A DNA stretch of 63,540 nucleotides, counting the filler, from Octopus bimaculoides (lineage: Eukaryota): NCBI RefSeq assembly GCF_001194135.2. It is 6 parts of 5 records of this genome, joined end to end, with 100 filler letters (N's around TTAATTAATTAA, not from the genome) between each part and the next. Parts side by side here need not be neighbours in the genome. Positions count along the whole stretch, not along the records: positions 33,808 to 50,458 come from NC_068998.1; 5 more parts are not named here. One strand, given 5' to 3'. The position numbers and the translations under genes were made by a program. Positions within the stretch are counted from its first letter, which is position 1, and every line of letters begins with the position of its first letter. Below the pieces are notes generated by a model. It searched no databases and was not told the DNA's origin. It saw nothing but the letters and a program-made list of their open reading frames with translations. Shown piece after piece: positions 35,491 to 48,774 of this stretch.

Positions 35491-36476
35491 TTTCAGGGTG
35501 ATCCGAAATACATAAAATACAACCTGTCTCATCAAAACTTCGCGTTCAACTACGTTGAAGTATCAAGTATTTAAGGAGAGCACGTGAGCAAGGGACAGAC
35601 TGAAGTTAACTACTTATTAGAGTGCTTGAAGTTTAGTGCTAACAAAAACCAAAGAGACGTTCTGGCTAACTCAATAAAGACATATCTCTGATATCTCTCT
35701 GCCCTCTCGTCCGTCTCTGTTTTTTGTCGCCAGCTTGCTTACCATTTCCGGCTTTCACTCAGACCAATGATGTATTTTATACCTTTCAGCCCATCTAGCG
35801 AACTTACATATACTTCTGCTATCCGTTATTTGCCTAAGAATATCATCCAACATTTGTCACGTATGTTTTCCTTTAATATCATATTTGTTGTACAACTGTT
35901 TTATTTTGTATCGTCTTCTTAATGTTTTTAAGTTTTGTCAGAAAATATTTGTTTTATTTAATTTAATCTTTTTTTTTTTTCTAACCAAGTCATTGGTATT
36001 AATAATACACCCTTTACCAATTACTTCTGACCCAGACGGCATTTTTTCCTGTTTCTGTTCCTCGTCTTCCCTAAATGAATTGCCTAGCGACCAAATTCAA
36101 AGATAGGCAGTTCTGTCGTGAGGTACTGAAACTGCCAGAATCCTTATCGAGGCATATGAGGGAGGCAAAGTTNNNNNNNNNNNNNNNNNNNNNNNNNNNN
36201 NNNNNNNNNNNNNNNNNNNNNNNNNNNNNNNNNNNNNNNNNNNNNNNNNNNNNNNNNNNNNNNNNNNNNNNNNNNNNNNNNNNNNNNNNNNNNNNNNNNN
36301 NNNNNNNNNNNNNNNNNNNNNNNNNNNNNNNNNNNNNNNNNNNNNNNNNNNNNNNNNNNNNNNNNNNNNNNNNNNNNNNNNNNNNNNNNNNNNNNNNNNN
36401 NNNNNNNNNNNATATATATATATATATACATTTACATATATTTACATATATATTTATATAAATATATATACAGGCG

Positions 36477-36516
<40 letters not shown>

Positions 36517-37514
36517 CATACAAACATAGGCTCGGAAATATATTTATTTACGTTTTTGTATATACTGTGTGTATATAAATAAATTTTGTATATACATATC
36601 TGTCTATATCTATATCCATACGTGTGTTTTTGTGTGTGTACACACACACACACCCACACAAACACACCCACACACACTCAAACACACACACACACACACA
36701 TATATTATATATATACTTACATATATGTATACTAGTCTATAAAAATGTTTATGTGTCTATGCATGTTATGGAGGGTTTCTATGTTTATCCAAGTAAAAGG
36801 ACACAGATTGTATACGTATACATAAAAACAGTGATTCAGAAATAAGATTTCATTTCCTATAGATCGATATACATTTTTAAAAATTGCATTAACTTGTAGA
36901 AATAATGTGATATAATAAAATCATAGCTATTTATTGACTCTGACAACAGAAATTCCGACGATAGACGGACCAAACATATGGCATTTTACATGAAGCTATT
37001 GCGATTATTCTACGTGTTCATTGAGAATAAACGTATTAAGCCTATGTTATAATAAGTCTTATACCATAGAAACAATATATTTAATGTCCACAACCAGTTT
37101 TCGGACAATAGCGCTGTTTGTGTCGATCATTTACAAAAAAGCTAAAAGTTCCCATTAACGAAAGGTCGCATAGGAGTTCAATATCCCTTCCAGCGTTTAG
37201 TATAGAGCACGAATCGGCGATACTGTAAGACAAAACAGGAAATAGTATCAAATATTCACTTGTTAATCGTTTATAATGCAAAAACGCTAATACAGTGGTC
37301 TATCTAAGAAGAGTTCATAAAGAACTTGGAAATGTGAAGAACAATATTTTAGATAAATATATTTCATTATCTTTTGCAGTTATACGTAGAACTGTTTGGT
37401 TATACATCCAAATTAGCAAGCAATTTCACTAGCGGTGATCATACAGCTATTATCTCATTTAACTAAAACGTAGTACAAGAGGGGAAAGTAGAGATAATTT
37501 ATGTATATTTATAT

Positions 37515-37670
37515 GAGTGGCTGTGTGGTAATAAGCTTGCTTCCCAACCACATGGTTCCGGGTTCAGTTCCACTGCGTGGCAAATTGGGCAAGTATTTTC
37601 AAATATAGCCTCGGACCGACCAAAGCCTTGTGAGCGGATTTGGTAGACGGAAACTGAGAGGCGCCCGTCG

Positions 37671-37702
<32 letters not shown>

Positions 37703-37744
37703 AGTGCGTACGTATGTGAGTGTGTATGTGTGTGTGTGTCTGTA
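37515..37744 (+). mobile_element. SINE family B, 5' half
   Basis: gagtggctgtgtggtaataagcttgcttcccaaccacatggttccgggttcagttcc. Confidence 0.9.
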
Positions 37745-37968
37745 TNNNNNNNNNNNNNNNNNNNNNNNNNNNNNNNNNNNNNNNNNNNNNNNNNNNNNNN
37801 NNNNNNNNNNNNNNNNNNNNNNNNNNNNNNNNNNNNNNNNNNNNNNNNNNNNNNNNNNNNNNNNNNNNNNNNNNNNNNNNNNNNNNNNNNNNNNNNNNNN
37901 NNNNNNNNNNNNNNNNNNNNNNNNNNNNNNNNNNNNNNNNNNNNNNNNNNNNNNNNNNNNNNNNNNNN

Positions 37969-38021
<53 letters not shown>

Positions 38022-38580
38022 TTCCTTTATTGTTAATCGATAGAAACCTTCAAAAGTGACTCAAGGGCCGATAATTTTGTTCAGGGAACTTACTTACCTG
38101 TAATAACTGATCCTCTGCACCAAACCGTATTTCAAAATTATTTTCTCTATTTATAGCATTTATTTCATAATTCAGTGATGCACAACGAGGATTTTTCCTC
38201 AAAGTATTTAATGTTATATAGTCTATTCCTAGTTCTTAGTTCTTGCAGTAGCACAAATGAAACACTATGTCCCTCTCTTGCTTGAACTTTTCTTCAAATA
38301 TTTTTTCTATATATAGGACTGGCTAATGATTTGTTTCCATATGCAATCGAAAGTTTGTGTTAAATCAAATATTTTCTGTAAAACAAAATTATAGAATGAT
38401 CAGAATCGAGATACTAGGAGTAAGATTAGTGAAGTTTTCAGCTTCGGGTAGATGAAATATAACGCACGATAGTATAAATATACTGGAATTAGTTTGAAAT
38501 AACCTCTATTAGAATAAAGCTCGCTCTCGAGTCATATAGGATCATAGGGCGGGTTTTTCAGATTTTCTAAAGCATATACT

Positions 38581-38730
38581 CTTCACAAGACGCCTACCCG
38601 TCGCAGGAATAGTCAGTTTTGCCAGTAAATGGTCTGAAGCAACGCGAAATGAAGTGTTTTGCTCGACAACACACAACACACAGCGCGGTCCAGGAATCAA
38701 AACCACAGTCTTATGATCACTAAGCCACAC
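38581..38730 (-). mobile_element. Degenerate V-domain-like tRNA SINE
   Basis: Minus strand gtgtggcttagtgatc...gagcaaaacacttcatttc...cctgcgacgggtaggcgtcttgt; same family as 61032-61290. Confidence 0.6.
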
Positions 38731-39411
38731 ACCTCCACTATATATGTATAGTAGTATTTCCTCAAATGTACTTTGAGAAAACACTTCAGCACGGAAACAG
38801 TCGTACGACTATGAGGCAGAATAAAATAATATTTACTCTTCTCTTCTTCATATGAAATTCATTTTTCACAGTCAGTTTTCTCGGATGTAATTCTAATCAA
38901 TACGAATACATATATATATATATAATATATATATANNNNNNNNNNNNNNNNNNNNNNNNNNNNNNNNNNNNNNNNNNNNNNNNNNNNNNNNNNNNNNNNN
39001 NNNNNNNNNNNNNNNNNNNNNNNNNNNNNNNNNNNNNNNNNNNNNNNNNNNNNNNNNNNNNNNNNNNNNNNNNNNNNNNNNNNNNNNNNNNNNNNNNNNN
39101 NNNNNNNNNNNNNNNNNNNNNNNNNNNNNNNNNNNNNNNNNNNNNNNNNNNNNNNNNNNNNNNNNNNNNNNNNNNNNNNNNNNNNNNNNNNNNNNNNNNN
39201 NNNNNNATGTATGTATGTGTATATGAATTCTGGTTTTTACTAATGGCTTATGGCAATCATCTCAGCTCTCTATGATACTTTAATATCATCATTTGTTTTA
39301 AAGCTATTTATTGGATTAACAAGAAATAAAACTAAAAAGCAGCTAGACCCAAAAACATTCGAATGATAATGGGTTATAGGGCTTCTGTTAAAATATGCGA
39401 AAATTCAATTT

Positions 39412-39443
<32 letters not shown>

Positions 39444-41573
39444 CTTGTTCTTGTTCTTGTTTGTGTCCTTGTTCTTGTTGTTTTAGAGGAGGGTAATTTA
39501 GTTTGACTTTGTCTTCTGTATTTCATTCGTGGGGGGTTTTACACCGCCAAATAATTTCAGTACACGATTTTTGTATATTCAAAAATTACACGAGAAAAGA
39601 AATAAAACAAAACAAACAGCACAAATCAAAAAAATACAAATGAAATTAAGATGAATGTTAAGAAAAAGAAATATTACAAGTATTTTTTCCTCTCCAAATC
39701 AATTCAATATTTCTTTTATCAGTCATGTGTCTAACTTGCTTCAATGAAAAAAAAAATGAGAACAACATAAATAAACTTTTTGCCCCCAAAGTATTTTTCA
39801 TTTCACTTTTAAAGATAATGTAAATTATGAAATATATACATACATATATATACATATATATAATATGTATGCGTATATATATATGTGTGTGTATGTGTAT
39901 CTGTATATATATATATCTATATACATGTATGTGTATGTATGTGTATATATACATATATACATACATACATATATACATAAATGTATATCTATATNNNNNN
40001 NNNNNNTATATATCTATATACATGTATGTATGTATTATGTGTGTACATATATATATATAAATGTATTCTGTATAAGTATTGTATGCCAAAATATATATAT
40101 ATACGCTCATATACATCCAGACAACATCCAAACACGTGGGCATTTGCATACGCCCGCATACGTACATGAATGTGCAATAATGTTTGTCTGTACATGTGTA
40201 TATGCAATGTAACTATGTGCGCGCATATGCGTAGAATGCTTATGGATAGACATATGTGTAAGTGCTTATGAGTCAAGAGTACACGAATACATAAATACAT
40301 ACATACATACAGGCAGACAGATAGATAGACAAACAAACACATTCATACATATATACCTAAATGCATACAAATACGCATAGATTCATGCATATATATAAAT
40401 ATATATTTATTTAAAAACGCATATGCATATCCACATGTATGTGTGTTTGTATATAAATGTTAAGTGAGACAGTTTTTAAGAAGAATCAATTTCGTTTTGT
40501 CTGTGGCAACAAATGCTATTTTTCTTTCTTAAAACGCCAGTTAAAACATCAAAACATCTTCGAGATGAATTTTCATTTTCTTCTTCCTAGTATTTTCCAT
40601 TTAGAAGATGAGTTTATCATAACTAAAACTGTAGGTGGCTTCTCAACACTATTATGATGAGAATTATGATGACGACGACGACGAAGAAGAAGAAGAAGAA
40701 GAAGATGTGGACGAGTGAGGCCGTGACAATGGCGAAGCTTCCAAGGAATGCATCACATAGATGAATATATAAACTGTTGTACAGCTCTTTAGTTTCTCTC
40801 TTGTTAACTCTTCATGGTTTTAAGACCTACGTAATTTAACACACCCCATATTAACAATCTACACCATTACATTACATTAAATATGTTAAATATTACTCTC
40901 ACCATGATAAGCCTAATATTAATTTAGTCCCATTGATAGTAAAATCAAGCTGAGAATATAACAACGTAGTCATTCTCTATTAAAAGTTTATTCATGGGAA
41001 TTTATAGCTCAATTTTAAGTGTTTATTCTCGCTATGCCAATCTCCTGTATCTTTAATTAATTTTTCATTTTTACAATCAATATCCCATTTTCTACAGACC
41101 CATTTTCCTTGCTAGATAAGTTATCAGTTCCCTCAACGATCTATGTTCTCTTCAATCTTTTCCTCCTCGTAACGGTCCCAATTAAACCTTCGTACCAGAT
41201 ACATACACACATATTTACGTAAATACATTCATTCATACATATATGAATGCACATATATATAATGTGGCAACACCATTTTCTCTCTTTCGTTTTTTTTTCT
41301 TTCTTTCTTTCTTTCTACTGGTTGTCAAGTGGTAGTGGGGACAAACACATACACAAAGACACACACACATTTATACACTCATGCATGCATACAAACATAC
41401 ATATATATACACATAAATATATACATATATACATATATTTAGTAAGAGTTACATGTATTATTATTTAAAACAGTTTGATTCGGCTCCAGCGACTTCAGGT
41501 TTCGCGGGCCTCTAACAGAAGGCCGTCTCCTGGTTTTGATTAGTGATTCAGCAATATATATATATATATATTT

Positions 41574-41618
<45 letters not shown>

Positions 41619-42430
41619 NNNNNNNNNNNNNNNNNNNNNNNNNNNNNNNNNNNNNNNNNNNNNNNNNNNNNNNNNNNNNNNNNNNNNNNNNNNNNNNNNN
41701 NNNNNNNNNNNNNNNNNNNNNNNNNNNNNNNNNNNNNNNNNNNNNNNNNNNNNNNNNNNNNNNNNNNNNNNNNNNNNNNNNNNNNNNNNNNNNNNNNNNN
41801 NNNNNNNNNNNNNNNNNNNNNNNNNNNNNNNNNNNNNNNNNNNNNNNNNNNNNNNNNNNNNNNNNNNNNNNNNNNNNNNNNNNNNNNNNNNNNNNNNNNN
41901 NNNNNNNNNNNNNNNNNNNNNNNNNNNNNNNNNNNNNNNNNNNNNNNNNNNNNNNNNNNNNNNNNNNNNNNNNNNNNNNNNNNNNNNNNNNNNNNNNNNN
42001 NNNNNNNNNNNNNNNNNNNNNNNNNNNNNNNNNNNNNNNNNNNNNNNNNNNNNNNNNNNNNNNNNNNNNNNNNNNNNNNNNNNNNNNNNNNNNNNNNNNN
42101 NNNNNNNNNNNNNNNNNNNNNNNNNNNNNNNNNNNNNNNNNNNNNNNNNNNNNNNNNNNNNNNNNNNNNNNNNNNNNNNNNNNNNNNNNNNNNNNNNNNN
42201 NNNNNNNNNNNNNNNNNNNNNNNNNNNNNNNNNNNNNNNNNNNNNNNNNNNNNNNNNNNNNNNNNNNNNNNNNNNNNNNNNNNNNNNNNNNNNNNNNNNN
42301 NNNNNNNNNNNNNNNNNNNNNNNNNNNNNNNNNNNNNNNNNNNNNNNNNNNNNNNNNNNNNNNNNNNNNNNNNNNNNNNNNNNNNNNNNNNNNNNNNNNN
42401 NNNNNNNNNNNNNNNNNNNNNNNNNNNNNN

Positions 42431-42483
<53 letters not shown>

Positions 42484-43452
42484 CGTAATTTTAAGAAAAA
42501 AATATTTTAATCAAACGCATAAAATATAGACACTTTATTCCTTTAACCCATTTTCCGGGTTTCGAAAATTTGTTTTAGTTTGTTTAACTAGTGAATCGAA
42601 GAACTGTTAGATCGATCAATTGTTTTGATCAATTGTTTTTCGTGCCAACAATTTTCTATCCTTGTCTACCGTAAGTTGGCCTTTCAATTTTGAACGTGTC
42701 TTTTCTTTCTACAGTCATTCTTTCTTCTCTTAAACAATTTTCTCTCTCTGTACAGTCATCCGCGCCAACCTTATACAATTATCAAAGTAGCCATCGAATC
42801 AAAGAAGGCGGTTGAATAGTGGTCGGTTGAGCAGCTGGAAATAGCATGCAAATTTCTCTCAAATGTCACCTATTCGACTTTGAAAAACCAAGGGCAAATT
42901 GGATATTGTTTAGAACGAGGATCCACTGCTGCGTACCAAGGACTTGTAATATAGTATCATAGCAACTACTTTCTGAACATAATATGTATCATGATGTAGT
43001 TGATGTCATTGATAAAGATGAGAAATATAGGGTGTCGTGGACAACCGTGGAATATACAGACACGAAGTTAGATATTGATCTGTGTTTGTTATAGCTATCA
43101 ATAAGACATCAAATTATCTTCACTTACCGGAGCGAAAGAACTGAGCGCTGTAAAGAATACGTAAAATATATACATGCATGTCTGCAGGTTTACACGCATA
43201 CGTATGTATGTATGTATGTATGTATGTATGTATGTATGTATGTATGTATGTATGTATGTATGCATGTATGTATGTATATATGTATGTATGTATGCGTGTG
43301 TGTATGCTTGTATATTTACATGTACGTATATATATATATATGTTTGTGCGTGTGTGTGTGCGTGCGTCTGAGTATATCTTTCGATGTATATGTGTGTGTA
43401 TCTCTTTATGTGTGTATATATATATATATGCATATATGTACATGCATATACA

Positions 43453-43496
<44 letters not shown>

Positions 43497-43946
43497 NNNN
43501 NNNNNNNNNNNNNNNNNNNNNNNNNNNNNNNNNNNNNNNNNNNNNNNNNNNNNNNNNNNNNNNNNNNNNNNNNNNNNNNNNNNNNNNNNNNNNNNNNNNN
43601 NNNNNNNNNNNNNNNNNNNNNNNNNNNNNNNNNNNNNNNNNNNNNNNNNNNNNNNNNNNNNNNNNNNNNNNNNNNNNNNNNNNNNNNNNNNNNNNNNNNN
43701 NNNNNNNNNNNNNNNNNNNNNNNNNNNNNNNNNNNNNNNNNNNNNNNNNNNNNNNNNNNNNNNNNNNNNNNNNNNNNNNNNNNNNNNNNNNNNNNNNNNN
43801 NNNNNNNNNNNNNNNNNNNNNNNNNNNNNNNNNNNNNNNNNNNNNNNNNNNNNNNNNNNNNNNNNNNNNNNNNNNNNNNNNNNNNNNNNNNNNNNNNNNN
43901 NNNNNNNNNNNNNNNNNNNNNNNNAAACGTATATATATGTGTTTGA

Positions 43947-43978
<32 letters not shown>

Positions 43979-44078
43979 GCATGCATACACGCACACATTC
44001 ACACAAACAAACACGCTTACACACATGCACAGGCACATATACATAGTAAATACGTGTGTGTGCATGTGTGTGTGTGTG

Positions 44079-44111
<33 letters not shown>

Positions 44112-44476
44112 ATGAGTGTATGTTCATGTGTGTATTTGCCGATTAAACCATGTTGATGAACGTGCAGGTAGATCAAAGTATAGAAAAGGAGCGAAAATAA
44201 AATTGATGGAAAGAAAGAAAAATGGGGAAACGGGAAGACAAGAGAATCGTAGATTATGAAGATATGGGTGAAAAATGGCCGCCGAAGCAAAGGATCAAGA
44301 AGAAGAAATGTTAGAAAGGGTGAAGGAGGAAGAGGAAAAGTAAGATGTGAAAGAGAACAAAGAGAATTATATGAGAAATATAAAAGAAAAAAATTGACAC
44401 AAGATTAGGAAGGTAATAATAATAATAATACTTATGATGATAAAATATTACAATAAGAACAACAACAAAAACTATA

Positions 44477-44516
<40 letters not shown>

Positions 44517-44640
44517 TAGGGACAAGGCCTGAAATTTGGAGAAGAGGAATAGTCGAATACATCGACCCCAGTGTTTCACTGTTACTTAACTTATCGACCC
44601 CGAAAGGATGAAAAGCAAAGTCGAACTCAGCGGAATTTTA
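44517..44640 (-). mobile_element. SINE family A, 5'-truncated, with expanded (TAG)n tail
   Basis: gacaaggcctgaaatttgg...atcgaccccgaaaggatgaaaagcaaagtcga; (ACT)n at 44476-44516. Confidence 0.9.
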
Positions 44641-44641
44641 A

Positions 44642-44715
<74 letters not shown>

Positions 44716-44718
<3 letters not shown>

Positions 44719-45288
44719 CTAGGAATAAATGAAGGCTCTGGTATCCAGCATGCAAGCATGAAAGAGAAGGTTAGGAAGGAATGTTATAGAAGAGTTCGAG
44801 CAGTTCTGAAGTCTGAACTGAATGCATATAATAAGGTGTTAGCCATAAATTCCTTAGCAGTCGCAGTTGTTCTTTATAGCTTCAATGTGCTTAACTGCAA
44901 TACCAGTGAAATAGTCAAAATTGATAGAAAAATCCGCAAGCTACTGACTTGTAATAAGATGCACCATCCAAAGGCAGACGTGGATCGTCTTTACCTTCCC
45001 AGAGCTCAGGGAGGTCGAGGCTTGATCCAGCTTGAACTTACGTACAAAACCACCACAATCGGAATGGCCAAATACCTTGAAACAACCAACGATTGGATGC
45101 TAAAACTTGTTGAAAAATATGAAAGACCGAAAAAACTTCACTCTATTCTGAAAGAGAGCAAAAACTTCGCTACCGATCTCTTAGATACCCACCAGCTTGA
45201 TCAGGTTGAAGGAAATGCGCCAACTGCTGCTGCAAAGAAAATAAAATTAATTGCAAAGACAAAAGCACATGAAAAATTAATTGCAAAG
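44716..45288 (+). mobile_element. 5'-truncated R4/Dong-type LINE, RT C-terminal region, in (TAA)n
   Basis: YLGINEG...KSELNAYNKVLAINSLAV...DRKIRKLLT..MHHPKADVDRLYLPRAQGGRGL; preceded by ~24 TAA units; cut by a gap. Confidence 0.92.
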
Positions 45289-46292
45289 NNNNNNNNNNNN
45301 NNNNNNNNNNNNNNNNNNNNNNNNNNNNNNNNNNNNNNNNNNNNNNNNNNNNNNNNNNNNNNNNNNNNNNNNNNNNNNNNNNNNNNNNNNNNNNNNNNNN
45401 NNNNNNNNNNNNNNNNNNNNNNNNNNNNNNNNNNNNNNNNNNNNNNNNNNNNNNNNNNNNNNNNNNNNNNNNNNNNNNNNNNNNNNNNNNNNNNNNNNNN
45501 NNNNNNNNNNNNNNNNNNNNNNNNNNNNNNNNNNNNNNNNNNNNNNNNNNNNNNNNNNNNNNNNNNNNNNNNNNNNNNNNNNNNNNNNNNNNNNNNNNNN
45601 NNNNNNNNNNNNNNNNNNNNNNNNNNNNNNNNNNNNNNNNNNNNNNNNNNNNNNNNNNNNNNNNNNNNNNNNNNNNNNNNNNNNNNNNNNNNNNNNNNNN
45701 NNNNNNNNNNNNNNNNNNNNNNNNNNNNNNNNNNNNNNNNNNNNNNNNNNNNNNNNNNNNNNNNNNNNNNNNNNNNNNNNNNNNNNNNNNNNNNNNNNNN
45801 NNNNNNNNNNNNNNNNNNNNNNNNNNNNNNNNNNNNNNNNNNNNNNNNNNNNNNNNNNNNNNNNNNNNNNNNNNNNNNNNNNNNNNNNNNNNNNNNNNNN
45901 NNNNNNNNNNNNNNNNNNNNNNNNNNNNNNNNNNNNNNNNNNNNNNNNNNNNNNNNNNNNNNNNNNNNNNNNNNNNNNNNNNNNNNNNNNNNNNNNNNNN
46001 NNNNNNNNNNNNNNNNNNNNNNNNNNNNNNNNNNNNNNNNNNNNNNNNNNNNNNNNNNNNNNNNNNNNNNNNNNNNNNNNNNNNNNNNNNNNNNNNNNNN
46101 NNNNNNNNNNNNNNNNNNNNNNNNNNNNNNNNNNNNNNNNNNNNNNNNNNNNNNNNNNNNNNNNNNNNNNNNNNNNNNNNNNTGTGTATGCATACAACGA
46201 GTTTCTCTGCCCTAGGTGTACGGAAAACACTCGGCGAGAAATGGAAGAAAATTTGAAGAAAAAAAAACAACGTAATAATAATAATAATAAAT

Positions 46293-46826
46293 GCCCTGAT
46301 GCAATACCAGGCAGTGGCTCTCATAGCTTCTGATCTTAATTAATTGGAAGTGTTATCATGTACATTGTTTTGTCCTGGTATAAAGGAAGGGCTACAGCAA
46401 ATATTCTGCTTAATACTACAGATTTGCTTGTCAGTTGTTTGACCTTAACCAGTTGAGCATGTCCCTTGGTGGCTGACGATATGTGCATCTCTGATCATGA
46501 GCAGAAGTAGTGGGGGAGCATCATAGCCATGTGTTGAGAGGAATTCTTTGGGGTTTGAATAATTCACTTTTGGAAACATGGGTGTTTTGCTCAACATCCT
46601 TAAACAAACCTTATTCAGGGACCTTTTGAGCGGGATGGGCTACTCGACCTGAAGAAAATTCTAACTGGGCCCCACCTGCGAGGTCATGCGCTGTTTATCT
46701 TGATATGTCACGCACTTATGGTTGTGATGCATGTGCCCTTATCAGACGGGTAGTCATGATGGGTATAATGGGCTTCGTATATTTTACCCCAGTGTCACTT
46801 TGATGGCATGCACTGCTCTCTCACTC
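46293..46826. mobile_element. Family E: ~530-bp non-coding element flanked by (TAA)n on both sides
   Basis: Colinear with 57138-57657, including an identical ~75-nt block; no ORF and no Pol III boxes seen. Confidence 0.9.
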
Positions 46827-47788
46827 AATAATAATAATAATGATGATAATAATAATAATAACAATAATAATAATAATNNNNNNNNNNNNNNNNNNNNNNN
46901 NNNNNNNNNNNNNNNNNNNNNNNNNNNNNNNNNNNNNNNNNNNNNNNNNNNNNNNNNNNNNNNNNNNNNNNNNNNNNNNNNNNNNNNNNNNNNNNNNNNN
47001 NNNNNNNNNNNNNNNNNNNNNNNNNNNNNNNNNNNNNNNNNNNNNNNNNNNNNNNNNNNNNNNNNNNNNNNNNNNNNNNNNNNNNNNNNNNNNNNNNNNN
47101 NNNNNNNNNNNNNNNNNNNNNNNNNNNNNNNNNNNNNNNNNNNNNNNNNNNNNNNNNNNNNNNNNNNNNNNNNNNNNNNNNNNNNNNNNNNNNNNNNNNN
47201 NNNNNNNNNNNNNNNNNNNNNNNNNNNNNNNNNNNNNNNNNNNNNNNNNNNNNNNNNNNNNNNNNNNNNNNNNNNNNNNNNNNNNNNNNNNNNNNNNNNN
47301 NNNNNNNNNNNNNNNNNNNNNNNNNNNNNNNNNNNNNNNNNNNNNNNNNNNNNNNNNNNNNNNNNNNNNNNNNNNNNNNNNNNNNNNNNNNNNNNNNNNN
47401 NNNNNNNNNNNNNNNNNNNNNNNNNNNNNNNNNNNNNNNNNNNNNNNNNNNNNNNNNNNNNNNNNNNNNNNNNNNNNNNNNNNNNNNNNNNNNNNNNNNN
47501 NNNNNNNNNNNNNNNNNNNNNNNNNNNNNNNNNNNNNNNNNNNNNNNNNNNNNNNNNNNNNNNNNNNNNNNNNNNNNNNNNNNNNNNNNNNNNNNNNNNN
47601 NNNNNNNNNNNNNNNNNNNNNNNNNNNNNNNNNNNNNNNNNNNNNNNNNNNNNNNNNNNNNNNNNNNNNNNNNNNNNNNNNNNNNNNNNNNNNNNNNNNN
47701 NNNNNNNNNNNNNNNNNNNNNNNNNNNNNNNNNNNNNNNNNNNNNNNNNNNNNNNNNNNNNNNNNNNNNNNNNNNNNNNNNNNNNNNN

Positions 47789-48025
47789 GTGCTCATGGGA
47801 ACTGCCCATATCCTACGTAAAATACTGTCTATGGGATCTCAAATTTTAAAGTAAACACATAATTTTCTTATGGTTTCTTAAACATTCACTTGAACAAAAC
47901 TGTACAAATCCAAATATATGGTACCCTAGGCATAACACCTACATGAACTTCTAACTTGTCTCTTGAGGTCTCTGGGTGAGACTTGGATCCAACTTGTACA
48001 AATGCAAAACAAGAGTCAAACATAA
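47789..48025 (+). mobile_element. R4/Dong-type LINE 3' end, second subfamily
   Basis: VLMGTAHILRKILS; different 3' UTR (gaggtctctgggtgagacttgga); (AAT)n tail. Confidence 0.85.
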
Positions 48026-48084
48026 AATAATAATAATAATAGTATCAATAATAATAATAATAATAATAATAATAGTAACTACTA

Positions 48085-48445
48085 ATAATCAATATCATAG
48101 CTTATTGAGCTGGAACTACCAAGGCAACATGATGAAAATGGAGCAGACCCAAAGTGCTGATACTGCAACGATAAAATAGAAACAGTGAGCCACCTAATCT
48201 CTGGATGGGAGGTTTTAGTATCAGTCAAGTATAAATCTAGAGAACAAAGCGTTGACCAATATCTACACTGGATAATATGTCGGCATTATAAAACTAAAAC
48301 TGCTGACAAATGGCACAAACACCAACCTGCGTTTGTAATTGAGAGAGAAAAATGAAACGATTTTTTGGGGACTTTCCAGTACATACAGACTGGACCATCG
48401 AAGCTAATAAGCTAGATATTGTGAAAGATCAAAGCAATAAAATCA
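48085..48445 (+). mobile_element. Old degenerate R4/Dong-type fragment (CCHC knuckle plus REL region)
   Basis: ADPKC.YCNDKIETVSHLISG...YLHWIICRHY...DKWHKHQP...WDFPVHTDWTIEANKLDIV, with frameshifts. Confidence 0.8.
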
Positions 48446-48469
48446 TATCTCGGCAAAAAGAAACCAAAT

Positions 48470-48712
48470 CCGGTTGTCAAGCGGTGGTAGGGGACAAATA
48501 CACACACAAAGACGCGTGCGCACTCACGTACATACACACACCTACACACACACACACATACATATATACGGGCGTCTTTCAGTATCTGTCTATAAAGGCT
48601 TTCGTTCTCCCGGGACTATAGTTCAAGGCGTGTGTCCAAGGAACTAAGACATGGGACTGAAACCGGTATCCTGTGGTTGGGAAAGTAATCTTATTACCAC
48701 ACAGTCAGTTCT
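48470..48712 (-). mobile_element. SINE family B, degenerate
   Basis: ggttgtcaagcggtggtaggggacaaa ... gggactgaaacc..ttaccacacag. Confidence 0.75.
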
Positions 48713-48774
48713 GCGCCAACACACACACACGCACACACACACGCACGCACACACACACACGCATGTATATATAT

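Noticed and set aside
40635-40718. Acidic mini-frame VASQHYYDENYDDDDDEEEEEEEDVDE* after an AG
   Set aside because: Compound GAT/GAC/GAA microsatellite with a poor polypyrimidine tract and no linked exons
41480-41535. Minus-strand ccagga-gacggcc..ggcccgc-gaaac resembling a decayed hammerhead
   Set aside because: The CUGANGA core is absent and the base of stem II is mismatched
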